DNA of 14,631 nt from Octopus sinensis (GCF_006345805.1 NW_021825740.1:1-14631); one strand, 5' to 3'. Positions 1-11,957 are shown, counted from the stretch's first letter. The notes: a model not told the origin generated them from the sequence alone. Numbers and translations are program-made.

Positions 1-399
1 GTAATTCAAATCTCATTTGTTTTTCCACCGACTAATTCAATGCTACGTATTATTATCATTAGCATTGTTATTGTATTTTTCTTCTCACACTTCCTCTTCT
101 CTATCTGTGTAACTATTGTTTTATAATATTAGATTTATGCTTATTTTCTTTCTTCTATTTCTCCGAAAATTTTAATATTTATGTATGCACGTCGATTTGT
201 TTTAATTTTTGCAGTTTCTGAAAATTTTCTTAAATTTTATCCAAGTCTATTTCAAAATATTGTTTTAAAATTTTTTATCATTACGATAGCTAATCAACTA
301 AGTTTAATAAGTCAACATATGCGCACATGCGTGCACCTTTACTTAGGTACAAACATGTATAAATACATATTTGCCCATATAAACGGATAAACGATTATG

Positions 400-659
400 T
401 ACATACATACATACTTACATACATACATTTATACATACAGTACTCGCATACTCACATATATAAACGTTCACTAATAATGATACCTATACATAGTTATAAA
501 TATATATGCATACATGCATACATATGTCGCCTTTCATATCCGTCGAAATGTGTTGTACATAAACAGTTATCCATGCAGAATATATACACATATACTTATA
601 TATTTCTACATATGTAAATTAGATATACACACGAATATATGCATACATACATACATACA

Positions 660-710
<51 letters not shown>

Positions 711-750
711 GCACATGTCTGTATCATCTAATATATATATTTATATATTA
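400..750. repeat. Compound (TACA)n/(TA)n microsatellite region
   Basis: (TACA)n runs at ~400-445 and 642-660, and a near-pure (TA)n at 663-710. Confidence 0.9.
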
Positions 751-1098
751 AGGTATAGTTCTTAAATTGTTATACATGTTGAAGATTGATATCTTACAAA
801 TACTTGTGTGGCATGAAGTAGTTTTAAAAATCACTTACGCCGTCCAAATATAAAAATAAAGATACACACACTCGCATGCGAGATAACAACGTGAGAAGGA
901 AATAATGTACAAAACGGTTTCCACCTTTAGAGCTCTAGAACATCATTATCGATTAAAATCAATAGACACACGCCTGATTATAGTAAACGATAATTGTCTG
1001 AGGAAGGAATTATTTCGGTCTAAATCCAAATATACATAAACGCACATAAACTCTCGTACACAGGAACTGTACACCAAGACTAATTGGTTCGACACAGC

Positions 1099-1280
1099 AT
1101 ATACATACATGTTTGCACACATACATATATACACATATACACGTATGTATATATATCCATATATATATATATATATATGGATATATATAGATATATTTAT
1201 ATATGTACACATACATGTATATAAATGTATAAATATATATATGTGTATGTGTATGCATGTACATGTGTGTGTATGTGTCG
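1099..1280. repeat. Degenerate (TA)n/(TACA)/(TG) microsatellite
   Basis: Alternating purine-pyrimidine dinucleotide tract visible directly. Confidence 0.85.
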
Positions 1281-1306
1281 TACTACAAACAGAAAGATAG
1301 GACTAA

Positions 1307-1377
1307 AACTGATTGCATGTATTTTATCAGATATTGGCATCAAATATAAAGTGAGCGAAGGCGCGAGAGCTTGGTCC
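1307..1377 (-). mobile_element. Possible highly decayed SINE fragment, opposite orientation to the 2835-4330 cluster
   Basis: Anchors aactg...tattttatc...aaagt...ggcg...ttg occur with spacing similar to the reverse complement of the recalled SINE body (aactggtacttattttatcgac...aaagtcgacctcggcggaatttg). Eyeball alignment only. Confidence 0.3.
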
Positions 1378-1442
1378 ATCACACTTGACAGGTGTTGTGC
1401 TCAAAGCTCTGGGCCCATGCTTCACTTTGTAACTCATTACGA

Positions 1443-1549
1443 TTATATATATACACACACACATATGCATATATCACACCCAAACTTACACACACAGAGA
1501 CACACATATATACATGCACATACACTACATACATACATACATACATACA

Positions 1550-1580
<31 letters not shown>

Positions 1581-1620
1581 CTATATATATATATATATAT
1601 ATATAAATATCTGAATATAT
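1443..1620. repeat. Compound (CA)/(TACA)/(TA)n microsatellite
   Basis: CA-rich start, (TACA)n at ~1525-1550, (TA)n at ~1553-1605. Confidence 0.9.
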
Positions 1621-2700
1621 TATTCAAACACACACATTGCATATAGATCTACATTCCAATGCAAACAGACATACACGTATGTATAAAAAGGCATGTATAC
1701 ACACAACAACCCGCTGCCTACTGATGTAGGCTGCATTAAATATATCTCTGATCTACAACTCTTCAAAAATAATGTATGTACGCATGTATTTATGTGCATA
1801 AATCCTTCAATCCGTCTATAATATATATATACACGCATACATATACGTGTGTGTGTATAGTTAATGTTAATAAATTGTCTTTGCATTTATTTTACAATAG
1901 ATTTCCATAAATAACATCAGGGTTTCTTTCCGCTCTTCCTCAATTTATCTGTCTGTCTCTTTAAAATTATACGACGAATATGCTCTTTCTCATTAATGCA
2001 ACCGCAAACTTCCACATATACACTCGTTATATACAGTCAATATGATGAAAATATAGAAACAACACAAAGACTACCCCAGCCATATCACAGGTATACGCTT
2101 CAAAACAAAACTTAGAGAACATCCGCCATCAGTAAATATGAAAAAAAAGTGGCAAATAATTCCATACTAAATTAATAATCAAGAATAAATGAATAATAAT
2201 TGTTAATTAAAAAAATAATTTAAATGTATATCAATTAATTAATAAGTGTTCTTAAATTTAACAACTAAAAACACAAATGTTATTGACTAAAAAGAAAAAA
2301 GAAACAAACAAAATACTGACTCGATACTGAATGTAGGTTCTTGTTATTTCTGTTTGAAAAAAATTGGTTATGGCGAAAGCTTGACGTTTAAGCTCGTCGC
2401 CATTTTGATTACAAAAACAAACAAACAAAGAAATGAAGTGAAATGAAAAAAATATATAAGGAAAACAAGAAAAATAAGTACTCTATTCCAAACAGGAACA
2501 AAAACAAGAACAACAATTATAACAACAAGTGCCAGATGAACAAGGACTGACCAAATATGCCAAGGACTAAAGAGAAAACAATAATATATGGGTGTTTGAG
2601 GATTTTTTCTTGTTGGTTTTGCATGAGTCAAATGTTGGGATTTTACAAAAAACAAAAAACAAAAAATCAAAAACAAAACCAAGCCTATATATCATATCAT

Positions 2701-2709
2701 TATATATAC

Positions 2710-2782
<73 letters not shown>
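2701..2782. repeat. (TA)n microsatellite
   Basis: About 40 near-perfect TA units. Confidence 0.95.
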
Positions 2783-2834
2783 GCATTGTTATGGGTACTT
2801 GCTTTTTTATAATTTTTTTAAAGAATTAACTTTC

Positions 2835-3020
2835 CAGAGCGGTTAAGTGCCAGAAGGATTGCAGTTTATTTTAACGTACTGTACAGTCTCTGAGTTCAAA
2901 CCCAACCGCTGGTAGTGTTTTACGCTTCATCGGTCGAGAGTAAAAAAAACTCTTTATTCCTAGTCTGTAATTGAAGTTGAATTAATCGACTTCGAAGAGG
3001 GAATCTGCCTCTTGCCTTAC
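2835..3020 (+). mobile_element. Decayed tRNA-derived SINE copy 1
   Basis: A-box-like ccagagcggttaag (~2834-2847), B-box-like ctgagttcaaacc (2890-2902) and downstream taatcgactt (2983-2992), which resembles aatcgac in the 3369 copy. Confidence 0.6.
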
Positions 3021-3028
3021 GATGACAA

Positions 3029-3089
<61 letters not shown>
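3029..3089. repeat. Compound (TAT)n-(TGT)n microsatellite
   Basis: About 10 TAT units switching directly to about 10 TGT units. Confidence 0.95.
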
Positions 3090-3090
<1 letters not shown>

Positions 3091-3091
<1 letters not shown>

Positions 3092-3170
3092 GGACGGTGT
3101 TGATGTTATCGCCCTTGTTGATTTTCTTTTTGCGTTCAAATCCCGTGACGTTTAATTAAGTACCAGTTAC
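3091..3170 (+). mobile_element. Internally deleted SINE fragment, copy 2
   Basis: B-box-like gttcaaatcc (3134-3143), followed after only ~10 bp by aattaagtaccagtta (3154-3169), a SINE body motif (compare aaagtgccag at 3501 and aatgtaccat at 3907). Confidence 0.5.
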
Positions 3171-3229
3171 TATCTTCACATTTCTTTTTACGTCTCAAAA
3201 ATTTTGGGCTTGTAGCCATGTTCAAAAAG

Positions 3230-3369
3230 CCATCCATCCATCCATCATCCTCCTCCCCCTCCCCCTCCCTCTCCTCTTCCTCCTCTCCCACCTCATCCCC
3301 CCTCCTCTCCCATCACCTCTACTGTTATTTTTGTCGTCGTCGTTGTCGTTGTCATCATCATCATCATCA
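3230..3369. repeat. C-rich polypyrimidine tract followed by (TCG/TTG)n-(TCA)n repeats
   Basis: Runs of cctcc/ccccc at 3230-3320; gtcgtcgtcgttgtcgttgtcatcatcatcatc at 3333-3368. Confidence 0.85.
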
Positions 3370-3558
3370 AGATGGACAGCGGTCAGAATCTATAGAGTAC
3401 TGGACAAAATGCTTAGCGGCATTTATTCCAGCACTTTGCATTCATGTCCAAAAAGAACCGAGGTGAACTTCGCCTGTTATCCTTTTGAAGCTTACAACAT
3501 AAAGTGCCAGTCACAGTTTGGGGTCACTAAAATCGACCAACCCCATCAACCCAAAATT
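3369..3558 (+). mobile_element. Near full-length decayed SINE copy 3 (Octopus-type tRNA-derived SINE)
   Basis: cagaatc...ggacaaaatgcttagcggcattt...ccgaggtgaacttcgcct...tcctttt...aaagtgccag...ggggtc...aatcgac...cccaaaatt is collinear with the recalled Octopus SINE consensus. It shares cagaatc, ggacaaaatgc and agcgg with the copy at 3761. Confidence 0.75.
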
Positions 3559-3760
3559 AAAGAATTAGATTGGTCAGGATGAGTAGAGCGCGAACTAAAT
3601 GCCATGCAGTATTTAGTTACGTCCCTTTGCCTTCCCAAACGATCGATGTTGCCTTGGAAACTTACACGTTTCGTAAGATGAAATACCAGTCGTATAATAG
3701 GGAAAGTCGTTGTATATGGCTTCTCCCTTACTGAAAACGTAAAAAGTGACGGACGAATTG

Positions 3761-3985
3761 AAGGCTGTGAATGCCAGAATCATTGCAGTGCCGGACAAAA
3801 TGCCAAGCGGTATTTCGTTCGGTCTCTCTATGTTCAGAATTGGAAAACAAATATTCAGAGGAGTCCAGTTTGGCGGTTTTCCCTTCGGAAGCTAATTGAG
3901 AGCCAAAATGTACCATTCACGTGATGCAAGTGATTCGATCCAGCGTGGCCGGTCTCAACGAAGTTCCAACCTTGTGACAAACAAA
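3761..3985 (+). mobile_element. Decayed SINE copy 4
   Basis: Head aaggctgtgaatgccagaatcattgcagtgccggacaaaatgccaagcggtatttcg is internally homologous to copy 3 (exact ggacaaaatgc at 3793-3803 vs 3402-3412). The tail motif ccttgtgacaa is near 3970. Confidence 0.7.
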
Positions 3986-3997
3986 AACGACATCTTA

Positions 3998-4075
3998 TTC
4001 CTCCTCCTCCTCCTTTCCCTCTTTTCCCTCTCCCCCACTGTCTCCACCACCGCCACCACCACCAACAACAACAAT
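3998..4075. repeat. (CCT)n/polypyrimidine tract then (CAC)n-(AAC)n
   Basis: ctcctcctcctcct...ccaccaccgccaccaccaccaacaacaacaa seen directly. Confidence 0.85.
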
Positions 4076-4220
4076 GCCCTCCAAGAACAATGTTGCCCCA
4101 CACCTCAGGAATATAGAAACGCGCCTTTTGGTAGAAATTCGTCCTAAACTTCTGAAAAAAATTTACTGATGATAACATTAATTACCATAGTTAAATAATG
4201 ATTATAATTACTTCTATATG

Positions 4221-4330
4221 AAGGGAGTTCAACTGGCAAAATCAGTGGAACGCCGAACAAGCGTATTGTTTCGCAGCAATTAATGGGTTTATGATAAATT
4301 AATGAAAATTAACATTTCAGTTTCATCCCG
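4221..4330 (+). mobile_element. Decayed SINE copy 5 (head plus partial body)
   Basis: aagggagttcaactggcaaaatcagtggaacgccgaacaa resembles the heads of copies 3 and 4 (gccagaatc...gccggacaa). tttcatcc occurs at 4321. Confidence 0.5.
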
Positions 4331-4360
4331 TTATCTCAAGATTTAGCTTCACTTTACCTG

Positions 4361-4392
4361 AACAACAACAACAACAACAGCAACAACAACAA
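4361..4392. repeat. (AAC)n microsatellite
   Basis: About 10 AAC units with one AGC variant. Confidence 0.95.
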
Positions 4393-4643
4393 ACACGACT
4401 AAGTAAAGCCTTATAATATATGAAATGTTGATACTAATATAATCCTTGTTGACGGTGCGGGGTGGCAGGTAAATCTCACATCCCCGTCCATGTTGAACAA
4501 TAATGACGTTAATAATAAGAAGAATGATAATAATAATTATAACAACATCAATTAATTCACTATTAAAAAATGGTGTAGGATTTTCGGTTATTCCATTCCC
4601 TTTACCCTAATCTACTATTTTTTCTTGCCATTATACAATTGTT

Positions 4644-4683
4644 TTATTATTATTATTAGCATTATTATTAGCATTATTATTAC

Positions 4684-4732
<49 letters not shown>

Positions 4733-4780
4733 GTTATCATCATTATTGTTGTTGTTATTGCTAGTAGTATTAGTTGTAGT
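4644..4780. repeat. (TAT)n microsatellite grading into (TGT)/(TAG)
   Basis: Long TAT run with CAT/TAG variants. Confidence 0.95.
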
Positions 4781-4904
4781 CATACACATTTTCTGGTTGT
4801 TTTGTTATATTTGTCTTATGGTTTGAGATGAATCATCATTGAAGTCAATTTTACCTTCCATATTTCCGGCTGGCCACGTAAAAAAAAAAATCATAAGGTA
4901 AACG

Positions 4905-4965
4905 TTATGTGGTGGGAAAATACTGATGCGACTGAGGGTTCGATCCTCAGACAGATCACCCAAGT
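4905..4965 (+). mobile_element. tRNA-like SINE head remnant with B-box hairpin
   Basis: B-box consensus GGTTCGATCC inside the perfect hairpin ctgagg-gttcgat-cctcag (4932-4950), with gtggt upstream. No full cloverleaf. Confidence 0.4.
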
Positions 4966-5177
4966 ACCGGGAGGGGGAGGTTGAGATAAACTAACGTATC
5001 TTCCTCTAAAGAACAGCCCGCCACCTACATTTATTAAAATATTTTTTCAGGACCAGTAAGGCGGAAATATGTTGTCAGCATTGTGATGTTGACGACTATG
5101 ATGATAAGGATGATGGCGGTGATGAAGATGATGATCACCATAAATGTATGGATAAGAACATTGATCTGGGAGGTGAG

Positions 5178-5201
5178 ACAACAGCAACAACAACAACAGC
5201 A

Positions 5202-5259
<58 letters not shown>

Positions 5260-5285
5260 TAACTACTACTACTACTACTACTACT
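5178..5285. repeat. Compound (AAC)n-(ACT)n microsatellite
   Basis: About 8 AAC/AGC units, then about 27 ACT units. Confidence 0.95.
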
Positions 5286-5386
5286 GTTGCGATGGATTTC
5301 TTGCATCGCAATAAAAGCAGACGATACGCGACACAGAAAAAAGTCTAAATACAAAGTTGTAATCTATCTATCCATCTATCTATTTA

Positions 5387-5387
<1 letters not shown>

Positions 5388-5421
<34 letters not shown>

Positions 5422-5440
5422 ATATCGTTTTCTCTGTTTA

Positions 5441-5489
<49 letters not shown>

Positions 5490-5490
5490 T
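5388..5490. repeat. Two (TA)n tracts
   Basis: TA runs at 5388-5418 and ~5445-5490. Confidence 0.9.
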
Positions 5491-5559
5491 ACCCAACGCA
5501 TGTATATGATTTTAATCATTCAAGCAAACAGATGAGACGAAAATAGCAATGATTAGGGC

Positions 5560-5824
5560 ATAATAATAATGATATAATAATAATATAATAATAATAATAA
5601 TAATAATAACAATAATCATAATAATAATAATATGATAATAATAATAATGATAATAATAATAATAATAATAATAATATAATTATAAATATTAATAATATAA
5701 TAATAATAATAATGATGATAATAATAATAATATAATAATAATAATAATAATAATAATATAATAATATATAATAATAATAATAAAATAATGATAATAAAAT
5801 GATAATAATGGCAACAACAATAAC
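5560..5824. repeat. Degenerate (AAT)n microsatellite
   Basis: About 260 bp of AAT units with GAT/AAC/AT interruptions. Confidence 0.95.
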
Positions 5825-5973
5825 AACACTTGTCCAAGACTGTAAATTCAGAGATTCCGAAAATATTTATGAATTTCACGTATTTATGAAAGAATTCTGG
5901 TACTTTCCATTTTGTTATCGTTCTCCATGTTGAAAAACGATAAATATTAATTGAAATCAAGGAATTATCCCCA

Positions 5974-6100
5974 ATATATATGTATATATGTATGTATGTA
6001 TATATATATATATATATATAACCGGGTACATGTATAAATCTTCATATATATATGCGTATATATGTATGATATGTATGCGTATATATGTGTGTGTGTGAGT
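5974..6100. repeat. (TA)/(TATG)/(TG) microsatellite
   Basis: Seen directly. Confidence 0.85.
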
Positions 6101-6458
6101 TATGAGTGTATCGATGAATCAGAGTGCAAGCAAGTAACGTTTTTTTTTCCTTGTTAAAGAAGTCAGTTTTGACACTTACAAACTGTACATTTTTTCGAAT
6201 ATTTTGTGAAAAAAAAAATGTTTTTTATTTTTATTTTTTTCGTGTCCAAAACCTTGTTATCCCAACATGGAGGAGAAAATGAAGCATGAAAGAGTGAGCA
6301 GTTATGCGAAAGAAACCGAATTTTGGATGGAGTACAAGAGAATTTCCTCAAGAGCAACAATACAGCAAATGCTGGTCTATTAAATGTATATATATGTACA
6401 TATTAAACCGTACGGTTGTTTGTTTGTTCGTTTTTATATATATAATACCATGAACTAA

Positions 6459-6830
<372 letters not shown>

Positions 6831-7011
6831 TATCTATGTTTTTAATTCACATTTCTCTTTGCTGCCTGACCTTATATCCGTAGACGCACACACACATACG
6901 TCCAGATAGACATCTATTCACACATTTTCATTCTTATAAAATATATTTGATTCACACATGGATACTGAAATCTAGTTATTATTTTTTCACAGTGTCTCAT
7001 TCCCCCACTAA

Positions 7012-7975
<964 letters not shown>

Positions 7976-8621
7976 AAATAAGTATTGTCTGTCCATGTAA
8001 TATATATGTATCTACGTAACTATTTCACTATCTCTCTACGTAGTCATCTGCCTGAATATCCAAATATCTAAAATATTATACTTTAAACAGGAATTATAAA
8101 TGAAACGTAGTTCATGATATAGTACATAGGGTAACAGAATCAAGATAATAAATGTGAAAGTTAAATAAAATCTAAACACCATAGAGTGAGATCGACCACA
8201 CGGTACACTCAAATAGCAGAAAAAAAGAGAGAAACAAACAAGAAAAAAAAGGATACTAACGATAAAGAAGTATATGGAATGTACCGAGAACATGATTTTA
8301 GTTTCAGACATATACACAGCCATGATAAAATAAGGAATGTAATTAAGAAATATATTGGACAAATGGGATATGCTTAGGCAAAAACTCGACTGCAGAAATG
8401 AAGGAGAATATTCTTGAAAATAATGTAATGTTGTGTTTCAGAAACTGGATATTAAAACGTAGTAAAGGAACATGGCGATGCTGTAAAATTATTTCAATAA
8501 TTGACGACCAGCAGATGACAGAAATTAAATTTCTGAAATATTAATAGTGAAAATCAAGTTAGGTTTGTCATTCTGTCATATTTGGAAAATTGCAGATTCA
8601 TGTGTACAGCTCTGTGTTTAT

Positions 8622-8644
8622 ATATACTTGTATGTATATGTATA

Positions 8645-8714
<70 letters not shown>

Positions 8715-8782
8715 TAATATATATATATATACAATATATATATGTATATATATATATGTATATATATATATATGTATATATA
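8622..8782. repeat. (TA)n microsatellite
   Basis: Seen directly. Confidence 0.95.
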
Positions 8783-8939
8783 TGATTCCATGCACATTTG
8801 CATGATTGCATGTTCGTATGCACGTGTTTGAATATACGTACGCATGCTTCTTGTATATCAATCACTTTGGTATTATTCTCGTTCTATATTTTATTGATTC
8901 TACTATTAACACGATATTTTTCGTATTTTCAATAACCAG

Positions 8940-9035
8940 ATTTCCTTCCTCTTCACGCTCTATTTCTTCTCCTCCTCTTTCCACTCTGAATCCCTTTCCT
9001 TCTCTTCTTTTCTTCTTTTTCTTCCTCCCCTTTTC
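8940..9035. repeat. Polypyrimidine low-complexity tract
   Basis: Almost exclusively C/T on the + strand. Confidence 0.8.
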
Positions 9036-9310
9036 TAATTCATCTACTCTAACAAGTACAAATGCAATTAAACCACAACCCCCCCTCTTCCAATATTCTC
9101 CCTCACAACAAATTTTACTCTTTCTCACCAATGTTGTTTTTCTTTCTACTTTATACAATTATCACGAACTTTAAAAGTTACGAATTAAAGTCCTAACATA
9201 TCAAAATGATTACATCTTAACACACATCCGTCGGTCTTATCCACCCATCTATACTTACACGCATGCCTATATACACCTGTATATACAGAACAGACAGACC
9301 ACACACACAC

Positions 9311-9540
9311 ATATATATAGTATATATACACACACCTGTTTGTATATGTATATATGTATATGCATAAATATGCACATATGTAAATATATATATATATATA
9401 TTATATATATATATCATATATATATATATACATATATATTATATATATATACATATATGATATATATATGTATAATAATATTATATATTATATATATATA
9501 TTTATATACATACATATATTATTCATATATGTATGTACAT
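9311..9540. repeat. Degenerate (TA)n microsatellite
   Basis: Seen directly. Confidence 0.9.
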
Positions 9541-9799
9541 TACGATATTGTAAATCAAGACTAAAATAAGATCTCATTAATTGTTAAACAATAGAAACGC
9601 ATACGACAAGAAAACAACCTATGACTGAATTCTTAACACAAAATTAAAAAAAAAATGATATTGAATATTTACAACACAACAGTATTAATAACAATAAATT
9701 CTGATTTCTTGTTCGATTGATATTAACACTAATAAGAATATTAATTATGATGATAATATTATCAATGACTATTTTTTTTCCTTTTGTAATTATATTTTC

Positions 9800-10020
9800 C
9801 ATCTCATGAACAATCTGGCGAAAAAAAGAAAAAAAGTTACATAATGAAAAAAGAAAAGAAAAAGAATCTACAGCCAAAATATACAAGCGGAAACGGAAGT
9901 GAAAAATTATAAGAAAAAAAAAACTAAACTAAAAACTACTAAAACAACAAAACCAAGGAATTAACACAAAGGAACAGTGACAAAAAACAACAAAAAAAAA
10001 ATCAATAAACACAAAAACAG
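9800..10020. repeat. A-rich low-complexity tract (AAAG/AAAC/AAACT)
   Basis: Strong + strand A excess; similar tracts occur at ~2280-2680 and 8210-8270. Confidence 0.7.
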
Positions 10021-10147
10021 AATATACCCGGAATATGAAAGCTTATAAATTCTCTGCGATAGAACCCTAGTGTCGGAAAGGGCTCTACACCCAGAGGCGG
10101 TTCTTTAAGCTTAGGCATGGCGCAATAATTTTTGTTAAAACTGTTCC

Positions 10148-10350
10148 TAATGCTTTCGTTTCATCCTTATATATATATATATGTATATATATATATGTAT
10201 ATGTATATATATATACATGTATGTGTATTAATATATGTATACGTTTCATGTGCATTTTTGTGTATTTGAGAAAAATAACAATATTACTACTACTACTACA
10301 ACTACTACTACTACTTCTACTACTACTGATAATAATAATGATAATAATAA
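10148..10350. repeat. (TA)/(TATG) tract and (ACT)n-(AAT)n compound microsatellite
   Basis: TA tract at 10148-10240; ACT switching to AAT at 10283-10350. Confidence 0.9.
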
Positions 10351-10661
10351 GAAAAAATATGTATACACGGAATAAAAAAAGTATTATGATATTAGGTTAA
10401 AATAGATGCAAAAAAAAAAAAAAATATATATAAAAAAATGCCACAAAAATGCTGTTTTTCTGTGTTCTTTTATTGGCAGCTTAAGCGGCTCAATTTTTGC
10501 TCTTTTTTGCTGTTTGCCATGATATCTTTCTGTCTCTTCTTCTGGCGAAGCTTTTCACATTTTTTAAAATCCATTTTGAACATATTTCATACGAAGATTT
10601 ATATTTGTACGTGTAAGATGGATGCATATTTGTAAGATCATTTACGGATGTATTATGTCTG

Positions 10662-10680
10662 CGTGTGTGTATGTGTGTGC

Positions 10681-10731
<51 letters not shown>

Positions 10732-10767
10732 GTGTTATATATATATATATAATATATATATATATAC
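10662..10767. repeat. (TG)-(TA)n microsatellite
   Basis: Seen directly. Confidence 0.9.
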
Positions 10768-11194
10768 CGCTATTATCGAACATTGAGAATAGTTGTGTAA
10801 GAGCGCATTATTAGGTAAATATTCTTTATTTGTGGGTTAATAAGACAATAATTATCAAGTGTCCCACATTGCCTCGTGGGATGTCGATACTCGTATCCAT
10901 CTTGGATAATAATTTCAAGACGGTGACGAGCAGCAACGTTCCCATATGGCAGGCTTGATAATTGTAGAGACATTTCCGTTGGCATGAAACAAATAGTAGT
11001 CTTTTTAATCCACAAACAAATTGCCATGTATGCAACACGCTCGATGTATACGCGATATTTGAAACAACAAGGCTGTGGAATTGACTGGGTGAAATCTCTC
11101 ATGAATTGATGTTTTCCAGACAGTTCCACAGCATTTCGCCTTCTAACGTTGTGTATGCATCGAGTTTGATACACAAACGATGACACACACAAAT

Positions 11195-11310
11195 ACATAT
11201 ATATTTGTGTGCGTCTGTGTGTGTGTGTCTATGTGTGTGTGTCTGTGTGTGTGCGTGACACACTCACATATGCATGTATATATATGTGCGTGTGTGTGCG
11301 TGTGTGTGTG
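11195..11310. repeat. Degenerate (TG)n microsatellite
   Basis: Seen directly. Confidence 0.9.
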
Positions 11311-11371
11311 ATCAGATTGATGGAGGGAAGGACGGAATGATGGCTACATGCTCATTCTCTCCATGATGTTC

Positions 11372-11470
11372 ATCGTTGTCGTTGTTGTTTAGCCTCATAT
11401 CAAGCCTGACTGATTAAGCAAACGTATGAAGAAAGGCCTTCCAGCTGTGACCATCCTGTACTTTTACAGA
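11372..11470 (-). mobile_element. 3' end of a non-LTR retroelement/SINE with an (AAC)n tail
   Basis: + strand gttgtcgttgttgtttagcctcatatcaagcctgactga...aaaggccttccagctgtgaccatcctgt resembles a common Octopus repeat recalled from memory. The junction gaggctaaa+AAC tail is shared with 12818-12853. Confidence 0.55.
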
Positions 11471-11739
11471 AGCGTGAAAATAGTATCCCAATTACCATCA
11501 CACATCCATTCTCTAACGTCCCTTCTCCCCCTCTCTCTCACGCCTTATTCTTTACCTCACACTAATACAGTATTTAGGTAACACTGTTAGAGTGTTTGTG
11601 AAACTAATGTTTAAAGCAGTGTCCTAGCTGAAGAACTGCTAAGGAAACGTGATTGCTAATAAGACTGGAACAGAGAGAGTGAATTAGTTTAATTAGACTT
11701 TCAGATACTCAATTAGGTATTTAGAGAGATATATAATTT

Positions 11740-11932
11740 CACATACAAATATAATATACATATATATATATGTGAGTATATATGTATATATATACACACA
11801 CATATATATATATGTATATATATATATATACCTATATATGCATATATGTATATATATATGCATATGCATATATATATGTTATATATATATATATATATTT
11901 ACATACATACACACATACACACATATATATAT
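11740..11932. repeat. Degenerate (TA)/(CA) microsatellite
   Basis: Seen directly. Confidence 0.9.
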
Positions 11933-11957
11933 TTAGGGAAAGAAGGAAAGAAGGAGA

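Noticed and set aside
1086-1095. B-box-like GGTTCGACAC
   Set aside because: No A-box or cloverleaf context.
3579-3734. 51-aa ORF between SINE copies 3 and 4
   Set aside because: No recognisable homology; a length expected by chance.
3915-3927. cacgtgatgc 10-mer shared with position 12325
   Set aside because: No flanking similarity; compatible with chance.
2835-4990. Repeat-spacer-like periodicity resembling a CRISPR array
   Set aside because: The repeats are long, highly divergent SINE remnants with irregular low-complexity spacers in eukaryotic DNA; there are no cas genes.
6267-6383. 38-aa ORF MEEKMKHERVSSYAKETEFW...; another frame gives LCERNRILDGVQENF, vaguely like a LINE RT region
   Set aside because: Too short, in a purine-rich context, with no supporting motifs or splice signals.
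10445-10580. Minus-strand K/R-rich short ORFs followed by AATAAA
   Set aside because: A low-complexity purine-rich strand; no acceptor support and no homology.
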